DNA from: Eledone cirrhosa
Lineage: Eukaryota
DNA: 64,000 nucleotides
Assembly (NCBI GenBank): GCA_964016885.1
Contig: OZ024742.1
Location: forward strand, 178,808,001-178,872,000
Direction: 5' to 3'
This document shows, in pieces, positions 28,028 through 40,005 of this stretch. Every line of letters begins with the position of its first letter. Positions within the stretch are counted from its first letter, which is position 1. Position numbers and translations under genes: made by a program. Below the pieces are notes generated by a model. It was not told the origin of the DNA and did not search any database. It saw only the letters and a program-made list of their open reading frames with translations.

Positions 28028-31000
28028 TAAGAAAATCCAAGACCACAGCGATAAGAGAACTTAAGTTCAAGAGCCTTTTCTCACTTACACTCGCTGGGGT
28101 CAGACGTGTCTTTTCGCTCGCCCACACGCACTTGAACTTAAGTTCTCTTATCGCTGTTGTCTTGAATTTTCTTACCATCACCACCGGCGGCAACCCCACC
28201 GCCAACAACAACAACACCACCACAAGCACCAACATCGAAAACACAACAACAAAACACACACACCCAGCAACAACGACAAGAAAATAGCAAAACCACACCC
28301 CACCCCACCCAAAAGGAAATGAACAGCAATAAATACACACAACAAGAAACTAATGACTTACATAATTGAACACACAGACATTTCACAGCACGACTACATA
28401 ATACCAGCACCAATCAAAACACCAACGAACATAAGACTGGTAAGAATATCACAGAAACAATACACTAACATTAAAATGAAATTCCCCAACGCAGTTGGTG
28501 ATTTCAGAGACCTAGGAGGGACACTCAACCATAGAGTATACTCGGATATACTCACAGAAGAGTCGACGACTAGCCGAAGGGACGGTTCAAGGTAAGTGAT
28601 CCTTTCTCGCTTGCCCCGTTCCTCACCCAACATGGCCGTATTCAGGATCGGAAGTGTAAACGTGCGTGGTTTGAGCTCGGTTTGGAAGCAGGGTCACATG
28701 CTTAACGACTTCAGGTCACTAAACATAGATGTTGTGGCCATCAGCGAGACGAGAATCTCCGAAACGCAAGCTTTCTAACCAATCTTCGACGGTTACGAGG
28801 TGTACGCATCTTCGAGCCGTCCGGGAGAGGGAGGCGGAGTGGCTGTGTTGTTTCGGAAGTGCTTGGTTCTCGCCATACGGACCATCTTCCTGGACCCAGA
28901 AGGTAAGTCGGTGGTGCTGGACGTGAACGGCACCGAAGGAAAACGCTTTCAGGCTAGTAGCCTCTATGCGCCGACAGGGACAGGACGGCCAGATTTCTTC
29001 AGACGTCTAGAGACCTTTCTTGGAACGTCCCGCTCTTTAGTGTTAGTGGAACAGTATCTTGGATGCACGCTGGGATTGTGTGGGGCTAGTGGATAGGCGA
29101 GGAGGGTGCAAGAGCCTCACCAACCTGCTCAGACGCTTTGAACTGTCTGATAGGTATCGACTGGATCACCCGAATGTGCCAATGTGGACATGGACAAACC
29201 GCATCGGGTCATCCAGATCGTATCTAGATAGGTATTCTGCAGAGAACTAGATAAGGCTAGTATAGGTTGTCCACAATTTAAAATAGTCGACTACACAGAC
29301 CACAAATTTGTGATCTGTGAGATCGAGATAGACAGACTTCATAGACAAGGACCAGGTTACTGAAAGCTGAACGCGTCTTTCCCGACGCACAAAGCCTACA
29401 GAGACCGGATTAGCGTATTAGTTAAGCGGGCGTAGACGAGAGCGGTCGTCAACAACAGGTGGTGTTTTGCCCTGAAAAGGATAATTAAAGTAGAGTGGAT
29501 TATGTTTAGCGGAGTAGTAGCGATAGAGGGAAATAGAGTACAGGGAGAGCTAGTCAGAAAGCTAGAAGAGGCGTTTAGGACAGGCATTGCAACCGACATG
29601 CTTGCGGCGAGATTGGTACTCGACCAATTCTTCAACGCAAAACACGAAGGCTGCGTTGTCAGAGCTAGAGCGCGTGCTCTGAAACACGAGGAGACGAAAG
29701 CCGTCCAATGGGCCCGGGTGGCAGAGGCGCGACGTGGCAACAAAGCCACAATTCGGTCTTTGTCTGACCAAAACGGGTGCATGTTGCTCGAACACGAGCA
29801 GATGTGTGAGGCTTTTCAGCAGCACTTTGCTGAACTGTTCGGGATCGGCGGCGGGCCTGATCGGGTTGTGGACTTCAGTGCATACCTCGACGGACTACCC
29901 CGGCTCTCGACGACCGCAGCACAGTGTTGCGAAAAGCCAATAACAGCCGGAGAAATACGAGAAGCGATGACTAACTGCATGAGGGGTAAATCGCCAGGTT
30001 TGGATGGTCTGCTCTACGAGCTTTATGCATTTATGCCAGACTTGTTCGGTGACTTCTTGGCAGACGTCTACTGCAACTGGCAGCAGAACGGGAGCATTCC
30101 CAGTTTTGTGAGCCGAGGACCGGTGGCGCTGCTGAGAAAAGACCTGAACAAGGGGGATGTTATCGATAACTTCAGGCTCATAACTCTGCTAAACGCCGAG
30201 TTTAAGATTTTGGCCAAGGTGTTAGCAACGAGGTTGGCGCTTGTCGTCGAGGGTCTGATGGGAGAGGCGCAGATATGCGCCATTCCGGACAGATTCATAC
30301 ACGACAACCTCCACCTCATGCGATACATCGTAGAGAGGGTGGTTAAGTAACCTGGCATGGGTGGGGCCCTGATCAACTTGGATCATTTCAAAGCATTCGA
30401 TAGAGTCGACCATCGGTAGCTGCGGCGGTCCTCGAGGCAGCCGGTTTCGAGCCCGTTTTCAGTGGTTGGATCGCTGCGATGTACAGCGACATCTACTCAG
30501 TTGTGAGAGTGAACGGTCACCTGTCGCAGCCGTTCAGCGTCATGCGCTAGGTCCGCCAGGGTTGTCCCCTCTCGTCCCTCTTCTGCGTATTGGGTCTCGA
30601 GCCGTTACTGCACAAACTGGGGTCGATGAGGGGCGTCCCACGCGAACTAGGATGCGGGAAATCCGAGTCGGCCTACGTCGACGACGTCACCGTGGTTGTG
30701 TCGAGCACCAGACACATCCAGAAGCTCGACACCGCTCTCAAGGAATACGAAGCGGTGACAGGAGCAAAGATAAACAAGGAAAAGTCGCTGGGCTTGCAGC
30801 TCAGCACCTGGAGAGACAAATCCATGCCGTCCGACATCGTCGTGGGGCGTTGGACGGACGGACCGGTTAAATTGCTCGGGGTCTGGTTTGGTCCGGACCT
30901 CCAGATGGAGAAAAACTGGAGCGAGGTGACGAACAGGGTGGCTTCCCTCACCCAGAAATGGGCCGAAAGAAAGCTGTCCCGAAAGGCCGGGCGGAGTTGG

Positions 31001-31885
31001 CGAATGCGTACATAGCATCCGTCATCTGCTACCGCCTCACCGTCGTCTCTTGCCCCGGCCCAACTCTCACCAAAATGGAGCACTCCTCTTCCGCTTTTTG
31101 TGGAAGGGACGCGCTCCCATGGTCAGACGATCCATCTGCTGTCAACACCCGTTGTGTGGAGTAATGGGCATGCCATGGCTGATGATGCGCAAACATGCTC
31201 TGAGGCTGCGACATCTCTGGTGCTTCCTTGACGGTGAACAAGTGTGGTCGCCGTTCACCAGGCACGTTTTCCCACAGCTCGTCTCCTTGACGGAACTGCA
31301 GTCCTGGGTCAGGAAAAGACCGAGGGATAGCGCTTGGAAACTGGAATGTCCCCAGGCGCTCACTGCCCTTTGCCAGCTGGGCACCAGTATCGGTGGAACA
31401 TCCACCTCGGCGTTCTATAGAGGACTAATGGAGGGGAAGAGCGACGACGTTCTCGGAGAGATCCTTGGCGTCGAAGAAAATCAGCTGTTTGCTCTCTTCC
31501 GGAGAACTTTCAGTCCAGGGCCTATGGATAACTTCCAGAAATCCCTTGCCTGGAAGTGCTACCGGGGAGCTTTGCTGGTTCGAGATAAGCTCTACAGGCA
31601 CGGAAGTGCCGTCAGCCGAGCCTGTCCGAGATGCACGCAGAACGGCGAAACTGCCGTGCACGCACTCGTTCAGTGCCGAGCATTGCTGACTTGTGGAGCT
31701 ATGTCGAACAGTTGCTGTCGCGTGTAGGACCGATCCGGTTATCGACTGAGTCCATTGTGCAGATGATCTCGCTGTCTTGCTTCGAGGAGCAAAGGCAGGC
31801 GGTTTTCATCTGCCTGGTGGCCATGGCGAAAGAGATTGTGGTGGACAAGGTTCAAAGGGTTAAAGACAGACACTTTCCTCTTCGG

Positions 31886-31895
<10 letters not shown>
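28028..31895 (+). mobile_element. Decayed L1/Tx1-clade LINE (short ORF1 remnant plus APE-RT ORF2)
   Basis: ORF2 starts at ATG 28632 with GSVNVRGL...ISETR (APE), SYLDR, TDH, KSPGLDG, NFRLITLLNAEFKILAKVLA, RQGCPLS, YVDD and CPRC...ETAVHALVQC. Many frameshifts and stops; 3' end cut at (AAT)n. Confidence 0.92.
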
Positions 31896-31917
<22 letters not shown>

Positions 31918-31919
<2 letters not shown>

Positions 31920-32075
31920 TGTTTCTACTTTCGGCACAAGGCCAGCAATTACCCAGTGCATTACTGGTACTTTATTTTATCGACCCCGTAAGGATGAAAG
32001 GCAAAGTCAACCTCGGCGGGATTTGAACTCAGATCGTAAAGGGACGTAACTATGCTGGAAAGCATAGTTACGACC
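31918..32075 (-). mobile_element. 5'-truncated SINE whose (ATT)n tail abuts the L1/Tx1
   Basis: Reverse complement of the SINE consensus. Confidence 0.88.
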
Positions 32076-32080
32076 CTCTA

Positions 32081-32135
<55 letters not shown>

Positions 32136-32137
<2 letters not shown>

Positions 32138-32760
32138 TGTGGCTCACATTGTGTCCGAGTGTAAACACCTAGCCCAGACCCACTATAAGGGCTGGAGACA
32201 CGATGTGATGGGCAGGGTGATCCACTGGCACCTGTGCAAAGTAAACAATCTACCACATTCTGAGAAATGGTATGAGCATAGGCCAGAGGCGGTGATGGAG
32301 AACAGTCAGGTGAAGGTGCTGTGGGATTTTAGGATACAGACGGACAAAAAACTGGAACACAATAGACCTGACCTGGTGGTTGTGGACAAAGAAAAAAGAT
32401 CGTGCCTGATTGTGGATGTGGCCTGCCCGTTCGACACGAGAGTGCAAGAGAAGGAGAGGGAGAAAATTAACCGATACCAGGACCTAAAGTGGGAGGTGAA
32501 AAGGATTTGGAACTGCCATGAAGTCAAAGTGATCCCGATTGTCATAGGCGCACTGGGGACTATCTCCAAAGGTTTCCAGGGATGGTTAAAGAAAATCGGC
32601 CCCTTCACGCTTTTTGGAACGCTTCAAAAGGCATGCTTGCTTGGAACAGCAAGAACCCTCCGATACGTCCTGAATATCTGAGGCTGCAGGTAGTGGCTTG
32701 ATATTCAATCCAACGGACTTTCCAGTTAACCAACATCAATGACTGAGATTCAAGGAATAA
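32136..32760 (+). mobile_element. 5'-truncated R4/Dong LINE (RLE domain plus 3' UTR)
   Basis: HIVSEC...RHD...NRPDLVV...IVDVACP...EK..RY; nearly identical to 34182-34806; flanked by (AAT)n. Confidence 0.9.
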
Positions 32761-32794
32761 CAACAACAATAATAATAATAATAATAATAATAAT

Positions 32795-33035
32795 AGAAAA
32801 TCCCAGGAAACCCGCGTATAGGAGAAATACAAAAGATAGTACTAATGGGAACTGCCCATATACTAAGGAAGATTCTGTCAATATAAGTACATCACAAGTC
32901 TAAACACCTAAAGATGCATGTGTGAGTATGTATGTTCTTTCTTGAACATGGCGGACCTTGTTGTCTCTTGAGGTCACTGGTTGTGACTTGGTGATAACTC
33001 GTATGAACATAAAGCAAGATAAATGCAGCTGTAAA
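32795..33035 (+). mobile_element. 3' end of a second R4/Dong-like family
   Basis: KIPGNPRIGEIQKIVLMGTAHILRKILSI* plus UTR, between (AAT)n tracts. Confidence 0.7.
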
Positions 33036-33104
<69 letters not shown>

Positions 33105-33106
<2 letters not shown>

Positions 33107-34806
33107 AGAGTTGACATCAACTGGAGTATCCTTGGGAAGCGTGAAGATCAAGAGAGGTATCTTCCAGGGAGATAGCCTGTCCCCTCTGTTGTTTGTCCTT
33201 GCCCTAATGCCCCTGACCATTATGCTGCGAAAAGTGAGAGCAGGATACAAGTTGGGAAGGGGAGAGCTTACCATCAATCACCTCCTCTTCATGGACGATC
33301 TTAAGCTCTTCGGGAAAAGTGAGAAGGAGTTGGATGTGCTTGTTGACACTGTCCGTATTTTCAGCAGTGATATATGTATGCAGTTTGGTATTGGTAAATG
33401 TGGAGTCATTGTGATGAGGAGGGGTAGGTTGAGCAGAAGTAGCGGGATCCAGATACCAACAGGTGAGATGATAAAGGAAATTGACTCTGAGGAAGGATAC
33501 AAGTATTTGGGCGTTCTGGAGGCTGATGGCATAAAGAACAAAAAAATGAAGGAATTGTTAAGAACTGAATACATTCGGAGAGTAAGGAGCGTATTGAAGT
33601 CACATCTGAACAGCAGAAATGCCATAAGCGCAGTAAATTCCCGAGCTGTGTCTATTATTAGGTACAGTGCGGGAATTCTGAGATGGAATGTTGCTGAACA
33701 AAAAGAAATGGATAGGAAGACTAGGAAGCTATTGACTATCTACAACATGTTCCACAAGAGGAGTGATGTCGATAGACTCTACCTAAGGAGATCTGAGGGT
33801 GGAAGAGGTCTTATCAGCATAGAGGACTGTGTTCAGATGGAGAAAAACAACCTATACAAATACGTGACCTATAGTAAGGAGCCAATGCTCAAAACTGTAC
33901 TGAAGGAGGGGACAGTAGGCCAGGGGATGTCCAAGGAGGAAATAACATCAAGGAGGAAGAGCAGCCTTAAGGGAAAATCCCTTCATAGTACCTTCTTTGA
34001 GAAAACTGAATTTAGAGATCCACAGACATGGAACTGGCTGAGAAGAGGAGACCTCAAAAAGGCTACAGAAGGAATGATAATGGCTGCGCAGGAGCAGGCC
34101 CTCAAAACGAAGTGGTTGAAGCACCATATTTACAAGGAGGAGGCTAGCCCACTGTGCAGGATCTGTGGAGAGAGAGAGGAGACTGTGGCTCACATTGTGT
34201 CCGAGTGTAAACACCTAGCCCAGACCCACTATAAGGGCTGGAGACACGATGTGATGGGCAGGGTGATCCACTGGCACCTGTGCAAAGTAAACAATTTACC
34301 ACATTCTGAGAAATGGTATGAGCATAGGCCGGAGGCGGTGATGGAGAACAATCAGGTGAAGGTGCTGTGGGATTTTAGGATACAGACGGACAAAAAACTG
34401 GAACACAATAGACCTGACCTGGTGGTTGTGGACAAGGAAAAAAGATCGTGTCTGATTGTGGATGTGGCCTGCCCGTTCGACACGAGAGTGCAAGAGAAGG
34501 AGAGGGAGAAAATTAACCGATACCAGGACCTAAAGTGGGAGGTGAAAAGGATTTGGAACTGCCATGAAGTCAAAGTGATCCCGATTGTCATAGGCGCACT
34601 GGGGACTATCTCCAAAAGTTTCCAGGGATGGTTAAAGAAAATCGGCCCCTTCACGCTTTTTGGAACGCTTCAAAAGGCATGCTTGCTTGGAACAGCAAGA
34701 ACCCTCCGATACGTCCTGAATATCTGAGGCTGCAGGTAGTGGCTTGATATTCATTCCAACGGACTTTCCAGTTAACCAACATCAATGACTGAGATTCAAG
34801 GAATAA
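33105..34806 (+). mobile_element. 5'-truncated R4/Dong LINE with an uninterrupted RT-CCHC-RLE frame
   Basis: RGIFQGDSLSPLLF, HLLFMDDLK, YKYLG, CRICGEREETVAHIVSEC and PD-(D/E)xK nuclease. Stop at 34727. Inserted in (AAT)n. Confidence 0.95.
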
Positions 34807-34810
34807 CAAC

Positions 34811-34841
<31 letters not shown>

Positions 34842-34843
<2 letters not shown>

Positions 34844-35155
34844 GAGGAGAGGGAGAAAATTAACCGATACCAGGACTTAAAGTGGGAGGTAAAAAGGATT
34901 TGGAACTGTCAAACTGCCAAAGTCAAAGTGGTCCCGATTGTCATAGGCACACTAGGTACTATCTCAAAGAGTTTCCAAGGATGGTTAAAGAAAATTAGTA
35001 CAGCCCCGCTTTTTGGAACACTTCAAAAGGCATGCTTGTGGGAACAGCAAGGACCTCTCTGACGCGTTCTGAATATCTGAGGCTGCATGTATTGGCTTGA
35101 TATTCATTTCAACAAACTTTCCAGTTAAATAACATCAATGACTGAGACTCAAAGA
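34842..35155 (+). mobile_element. Older diverged R4/Dong 3' fragment
   Basis: Same RLE C-terminus and UTR with indels; ends in (AAT)n. Confidence 0.85.
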
Positions 35156-35170
35156 ATAATAATAATAATA

Positions 35171-35248
35171 ATTGTTTCTACTTTTGGCACAAGGCCAGTA
35201 ATTACCCAGTACATTACTGGTATTTTATTTTATCGACACCGTAAGGAT
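35171..35248 (-). mobile_element. SINE 3' fragment fused to the PLE
   Basis: TTGTTTCTACTTTTGGCACAAGGCC...CGTAAGGAT. Confidence 0.85.
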
Positions 35249-36530
35249 TTTTTGATGAGCACGTGAAGTGATTTTTTTACAGCAAAATTTTGTCCTGATT
35301 TAAATGTATACGTGTTACCTTCAATGAGGTGAGTGCAGGTTCCACAATTAGAGCGACCACATTTTTTGACAGTTGGTTGTGGGTTTGTAGTAGGCAATTT
35401 GGCATTGGTGAGTAATGTTTTCAGTGATTTCGGTTGTCTTTTGCTTTTGATTATTTTGTGTGTTTCAAGGACTTTTTTCATTCTTACGTCTTGTTTCAGT
35501 AGAGGGATGTTGTGAATAGTGTTGTAAGCTTCCGCATTTCTTGGGTTGTGTGTTGAGATATATGATAGAATATTGGACGTACCTTGAATTTGTTTCTGTT
35601 TCCGTAATTCATCAATGCCTATTACTTTAGCCCTTTCTATTCCATTATTTATTAGTAATGGTGGGTACTGTCTTTCGTGTAGAATTTACTTTAATTCTTG
35701 AAGTCTTTTATTTCGCGTTTCATAATTGGAGACAATTGTGCAAATTCTTCTTGCTAGGATAAAATGGATGTTCGTCTTCTTGTGCTTTGGATGGTCGGAG
35801 GTGAATAGCATGTATTGTTTGGAATCTGTTGGTTTGTAATGTATGTCAGTTTCAATATTTGTGTCTTTTTTTAAGATTAAGATGTCCAGAAATGGGAGTT
35901 GGTCTGGGCTGTATTCCATTGTGAATTGGATGTGGTTATTGATGCCGTTTATTAAATTTTTGACACCATTCAGTTGGTCGAGTGTGTGGGGCCAAATAAT
36001 GAGACAATCATCCAAATAGCGTTTCCAATTCTCTGATATATTATGATTTGGACTGTTCATAAATCTGGACTTCTAAGTATGCCATGACTAAGTTGGCATA
36101 AGTCAGAGCTGCTTTTGTACCCATCGCAGTCCCCGATATTTGCTTGTAAGTACTGCCATCGAAATCAAAAAAGTTGTTCTGTAAGATAAATTTTAATCCT
36201 TCGGTGATGAAGCTTTTTTCTATTCTGCCAGGTATCTCATTGGGATATTTCTCTAGCCAGAATCCTATTGCTTGTAGTCCGTATTGGTGTGGGATCGTTG
36301 TGTAGAGATTCACTACATCGAAGGACACAATAATAGTATCGTTGTTGACATGTTTGGGGAGGTGGTTTAAGAGGTCCAGATCGTCTTTTACAAGGCTTGG
36401 TATGTGTTTGAGAATTGGTTTTAGTAGTATGTCTATAACGTTGCTCAGTCTGTGTGTTTCACATTGTGGGCGCGCTACAATTGGTCTTAATTTAAGGTCT
36501 GTGGGGTATTGTGTGTTCACGCAGGCTGAA
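35245..36530 (-). mobile_element. Penelope-like element RT plus Cys-rich linker (GIY-YIG domain lost)
   Basis: LRPIVA, SFDVVNLYT, GTAMGT, RYLDD, LPFLDI, YKPTD...HP, then CGRSNCGTC linker. Frameshifted. Confidence 0.92.
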
Positions 36531-36544
36531 GTGGATTGTTTACA

Positions 36545-37080
36545 ATCACGTGACAGTCATAATTTCATTTATAACCAACAAATTGCATTTAAAAAAAAAA
36601 GCCTTCGTAGGCCACTTTTTTTATTGTCATAAAATTCTCTAAAAGGCTACAAAATTAATTCCCAAATACGGGCGCGAAATTTAATGAACTTGTTCACGTG
36701 ACAGTCATTATTTCATTTATAACCAATCAAATTACATTAAAATAAAAAAAGCCTTCGTGAGCCACTTTTTTTATTGTCATAAAATTCTCTAAAAGGCTAC
36801 AAAATAAATTCCCAAATACGGGCGCGAAATTTAATGAACTTGTTCACGTGACATCCAATAATTTCATTTATAACCAATCAAATTACATAAAAAAAAAGCC
36901 TTCGTGAGCCCCTTTTTTAAGTAAAAAGAATTTCAAACACTGATATATGAAAAAAACAACCTGTGCCCCCCCCCCTTGTTTGAAGAACTTTGTAACGAGA
37001 ACTGGCGCGAAATTTATTATACTTATTGACCAACCAATCAAATTACTTCTCTAAAAACCTGGCGTTTCCATATAAAACAA
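36545..37080 (+). promoter_or_regulatory. 149-bp tandem promoter module of a PLE pLTR (E-box, CCAAT, E2F; TATA)
   Basis: CACGTGAC at 36547, 36696 and 36845; AACCAATCA; GGCGCGAAA three times; TATAAAA at 37071. Confidence 0.65.
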
Positions 37081-37139
37081 GTAACATTCAAAGACCAACT
37101 AGATGTGAGAAACACCACAGACCCTCCATCTCAGCTCTA

Positions 37140-37175
37140 CTTTTGAAAAGCAGAAGAACTGCGAAACCGGTAAAG
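37140..37175 (+). ncRNA. Minimal type I hammerhead, U3-A8 variant (family C)
   Basis: CTT-TTGAAAA-GCAG-AAGAA-CTGC-GAAAC-CG-GTA-AAG; AATAAA downstream; stem I is only about 3 bp. Confidence 0.7.
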
Positions 37176-37237
37176 GAACCAAATAAATATATATATATTT
37201 TTTAAAAATAAGACTCCAGTTGCATTTTCGATTTCAT

Positions 37238-37320
<83 letters not shown>

Positions 37321-37323
<3 letters not shown>

Positions 37324-37661
37324 CGAAGGAAATGTGGTAAGGAACCAGGTGGACCATAACGCACCAAAGTACTCAATACTTAGGGTAGTAGAGTGGGTAA
37401 TAGGAACAAGTTAGACCCCCTACTTCTCCTACCGGCAGGTTTAGCTACCCGTTCCTCCACCAATTTGCCATCACAGATTTACTACTAACTTGTGATGTGA
37501 CCAATGCTGGTGATTACCTCTTTGACCATATATGGAATTACCCCTTGATAAGCTCGGCTATTTAAATACCAGAATAAATTTTCATTCAGTCCAGAATTAG
37601 CCGTCGAAACGGCTTGAGCTCAGCCGTCTTTTAAAAAATTAAAATTGGGGTCTTACTTGTT

Positions 37662-37665
<4 letters not shown>
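37321..37665. mobile_element. Longest family A copy, containing the complete hammerhead
   Basis: Antisense tail 37321-37419 followed by a sense pLTR segment. Confidence 0.85.
37540..37651 (+). ncRNA. Family A hammerhead, U3-A8 variant, 18-nt insertion at the cleavage site
   Basis: Stem I ACCCC/GGGGT; TTGATAA; stem II CGGCTA/TAGCCG; GAAAC-GGCT-TGAGCTC-AGCC-GTC. Confidence 0.7.
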
Positions 37666-37726
<61 letters not shown>

Positions 37727-37727
<1 letters not shown>

Positions 37728-38240
37728 ATTAAGTTAAAAATGTACATCCACATATGTATACTGAAATACTAGTATGCATATGAATACACACACGTGTACA
37801 TATGTAGATGTACCGAGTTTTTCACTGGTCACTTTACTGTGAGTGTCCAGCTATTCTGTATGTAAACACACAGACAAACCGGTTTTTAGAGTCATACTGG
37901 TTTTTGAGGAAACACCTTTCCTCTATTCTCCAGAAAGCCAGACAAGGAATATTGGACTAGTTTCGATGTTGTTACATCTCATCAGCAATATTTACCTATC
38001 TTCTGGCCTTTCTAGAGAATCGTAAAAGCACATATCGTTATATGCTTTTTCTATGAAAATTAGTAGTGGGCAGACTAATTTGCATAGAGCATGAGTACGT
38101 ACCGGTTCAACGGAGACGATAAAAACAAATAACGAAACGAAATTAAATTTCGTTTCGTTTGTAACTCACTTTTGTATGACTGACGCTTAAACAATTAAGT
38201 TAAAAATGTACATCCACATATGTATACTGAAATACTAGTA

Positions 38241-38247
<7 letters not shown>
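37727..38247 (-). mobile_element. Partial-tandem pLTR element with 55-bp terminal direct repeats
   Basis: AATTAAGTTAAAAATGTACATCC...GCATAT at 37727 and 38193. Confidence 0.8.
37948..37992 (-). ncRNA. Type I hammerhead ribozyme (canonical, minimal)
   Basis: AATATTG-CTGATGA-GATGT-AACA-ACATC-GAAAC-TA-GTC-CAATATT; all three stems perfect. Confidence 0.92.
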
Positions 38248-38288
<41 letters not shown>

Positions 38289-38291
<3 letters not shown>

Positions 38292-38483
38292 CGAAGGAGA
38301 TGTGGTAAGGAACCAAGTGGACCATAACGCAGTACTCAATACTTAGGGTAGTAGAGTGGGTAATAGGAACGAGTAAGACCCCGACGGCTGAGCTCAAGCC
38401 GTTTCGACGGCTAATTCTGGACGGCTAGTTCCAGAATTAGCCGTCGAAACGGCTTGAGCTCAGCCGTCGGGGTCTTACTCGTT

Positions 38484-38488
<5 letters not shown>
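38289..38488 (-). mobile_element. Family A fold-back element
   Basis: Family A consensus; loop CTGGACGGCTAGTTCCAG. Confidence 0.88.
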
Positions 38489-38544
<56 letters not shown>

Positions 38545-38883
38545 ATATATATATGTATATATATACTCGTAGATACACCTATCACTAACATAACTTTCTC
38601 TCTGATTACTTCGACATCGTTCCTACAGGTGTTAAATAAATACATCATTTTCTAACTGGAGGTCTGTTTCACCTTAAAACCTCACACACATACACAGTCG
38701 CACAAACACACACTCACTCACACACACATGTTTACGCATATACTCATATGTACACACATATACTTATACAATATCTATGATCCTGACCGCCACATGCCAA
38801 CTTTTCACCATCCCATTTACGTCCTTAAATTTAATATCTTCTTTAAACCCCATCATAAAAACTGACACTCATACGCATCCCCG

Positions 38884-38947
<64 letters not shown>

Positions 38948-39077
38948 CATACTAAACACATACACACACATATATATATATAATGTATATATGTATATTA
39001 AATTATAAAGATATATAATAAATTATATATATATATATTCTATATATATATATTCTCTCTCTCATTCTCTCTCTCTC

Positions 39078-39137
<60 letters not shown>

Positions 39138-39181
39138 GTGCGAAACATAAGTCAATTGCATGAACTCATAATCCTTTATTT

Positions 39182-39237
39182 ACTGCTATATATATTTCGA
39201 TGATAGCCATTGAATGGCTATGACCTCATCAGGCAGT
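39182..39237 (-). ncRNA. Type I hammerhead ribozyme (canonical)
   Basis: ACTGC-CTGATGA-GGTCATAGCCAT-TCA-ATGGCTATCATC-GAAAT-ATAT-ATA-GCAGT-AAATAAA. Confidence 0.9.
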
Positions 39238-39300
39238 TAGTCAGTTCTTAGATATGCCAGCTCTGTGTTTATGGTGTTGATGGTATCAGAGCCTTGGGAC

Positions 39301-39333
<33 letters not shown>

Positions 39334-39432
39334 TACAGAGATACACATTCCTCTGATACATACACCAAACGTATACGAGCGGGTATGTCGGCGCCTATAT
39401 ATATATGTATATATGTATAATACCCACCCCCC

Positions 39433-39473
<41 letters not shown>

Positions 39474-39804
39474 CCCAGAAACACTGAAACACTGAAACAG
39501 ACTATATACCCGCCACAAGCAATCACAGGCACGCATACATTCACATAATCCAGACATAACAAAACATTTGTTTAGCTCAAAACGTTCATTCATAAATTTA
39601 TTATGATTCTACCAACGAATTATTTTACTACAAGTTCAATAGGCATACTAGAAGTAGTATCTAAATATCCCTCAAATCAGGGAATGTATAAAATCAGCGT
39701 GTTAGAAGGTTATATCAATGCTGTTGGAAGATTAAATAGCAATACAATAATTATACGAAAAATATTGAATTGTTACATTTAATATATCACTATGATCTCA
39801 GAGA

Positions 39805-40005
39805 GGTCGATTGGCAGAATGGTTGGAGCGTTGGACAAAATGCTTAACGGCGTTTAGTTATGGCTCTTTATGTTTTATGTTCAAATCCCGCAGAGGATCA
39901 ATAAAATAAAGTACTACACTAAATACTGGGATTGATTTAATTTACTTCGGTAAAGTACTTTCCGCCTAAATTGGCTGATCTTGTGCCCAAATTAGAAATC
40001 AATAT
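39805..40005 (+). mobile_element. Diverged SINE
   Basis: TTGGCAGAAT..., GTTCAAATCCCG and CTTGTGCCCAAATTAGAAA. Confidence 0.75.

Noticed and set aside
32958-33104. Poly-Asn N-terminus of the 589-aa ORF
   Set aside because: Chance read-through of an upstream UTR and the (AAT)n target into a 5'-truncated LINE.
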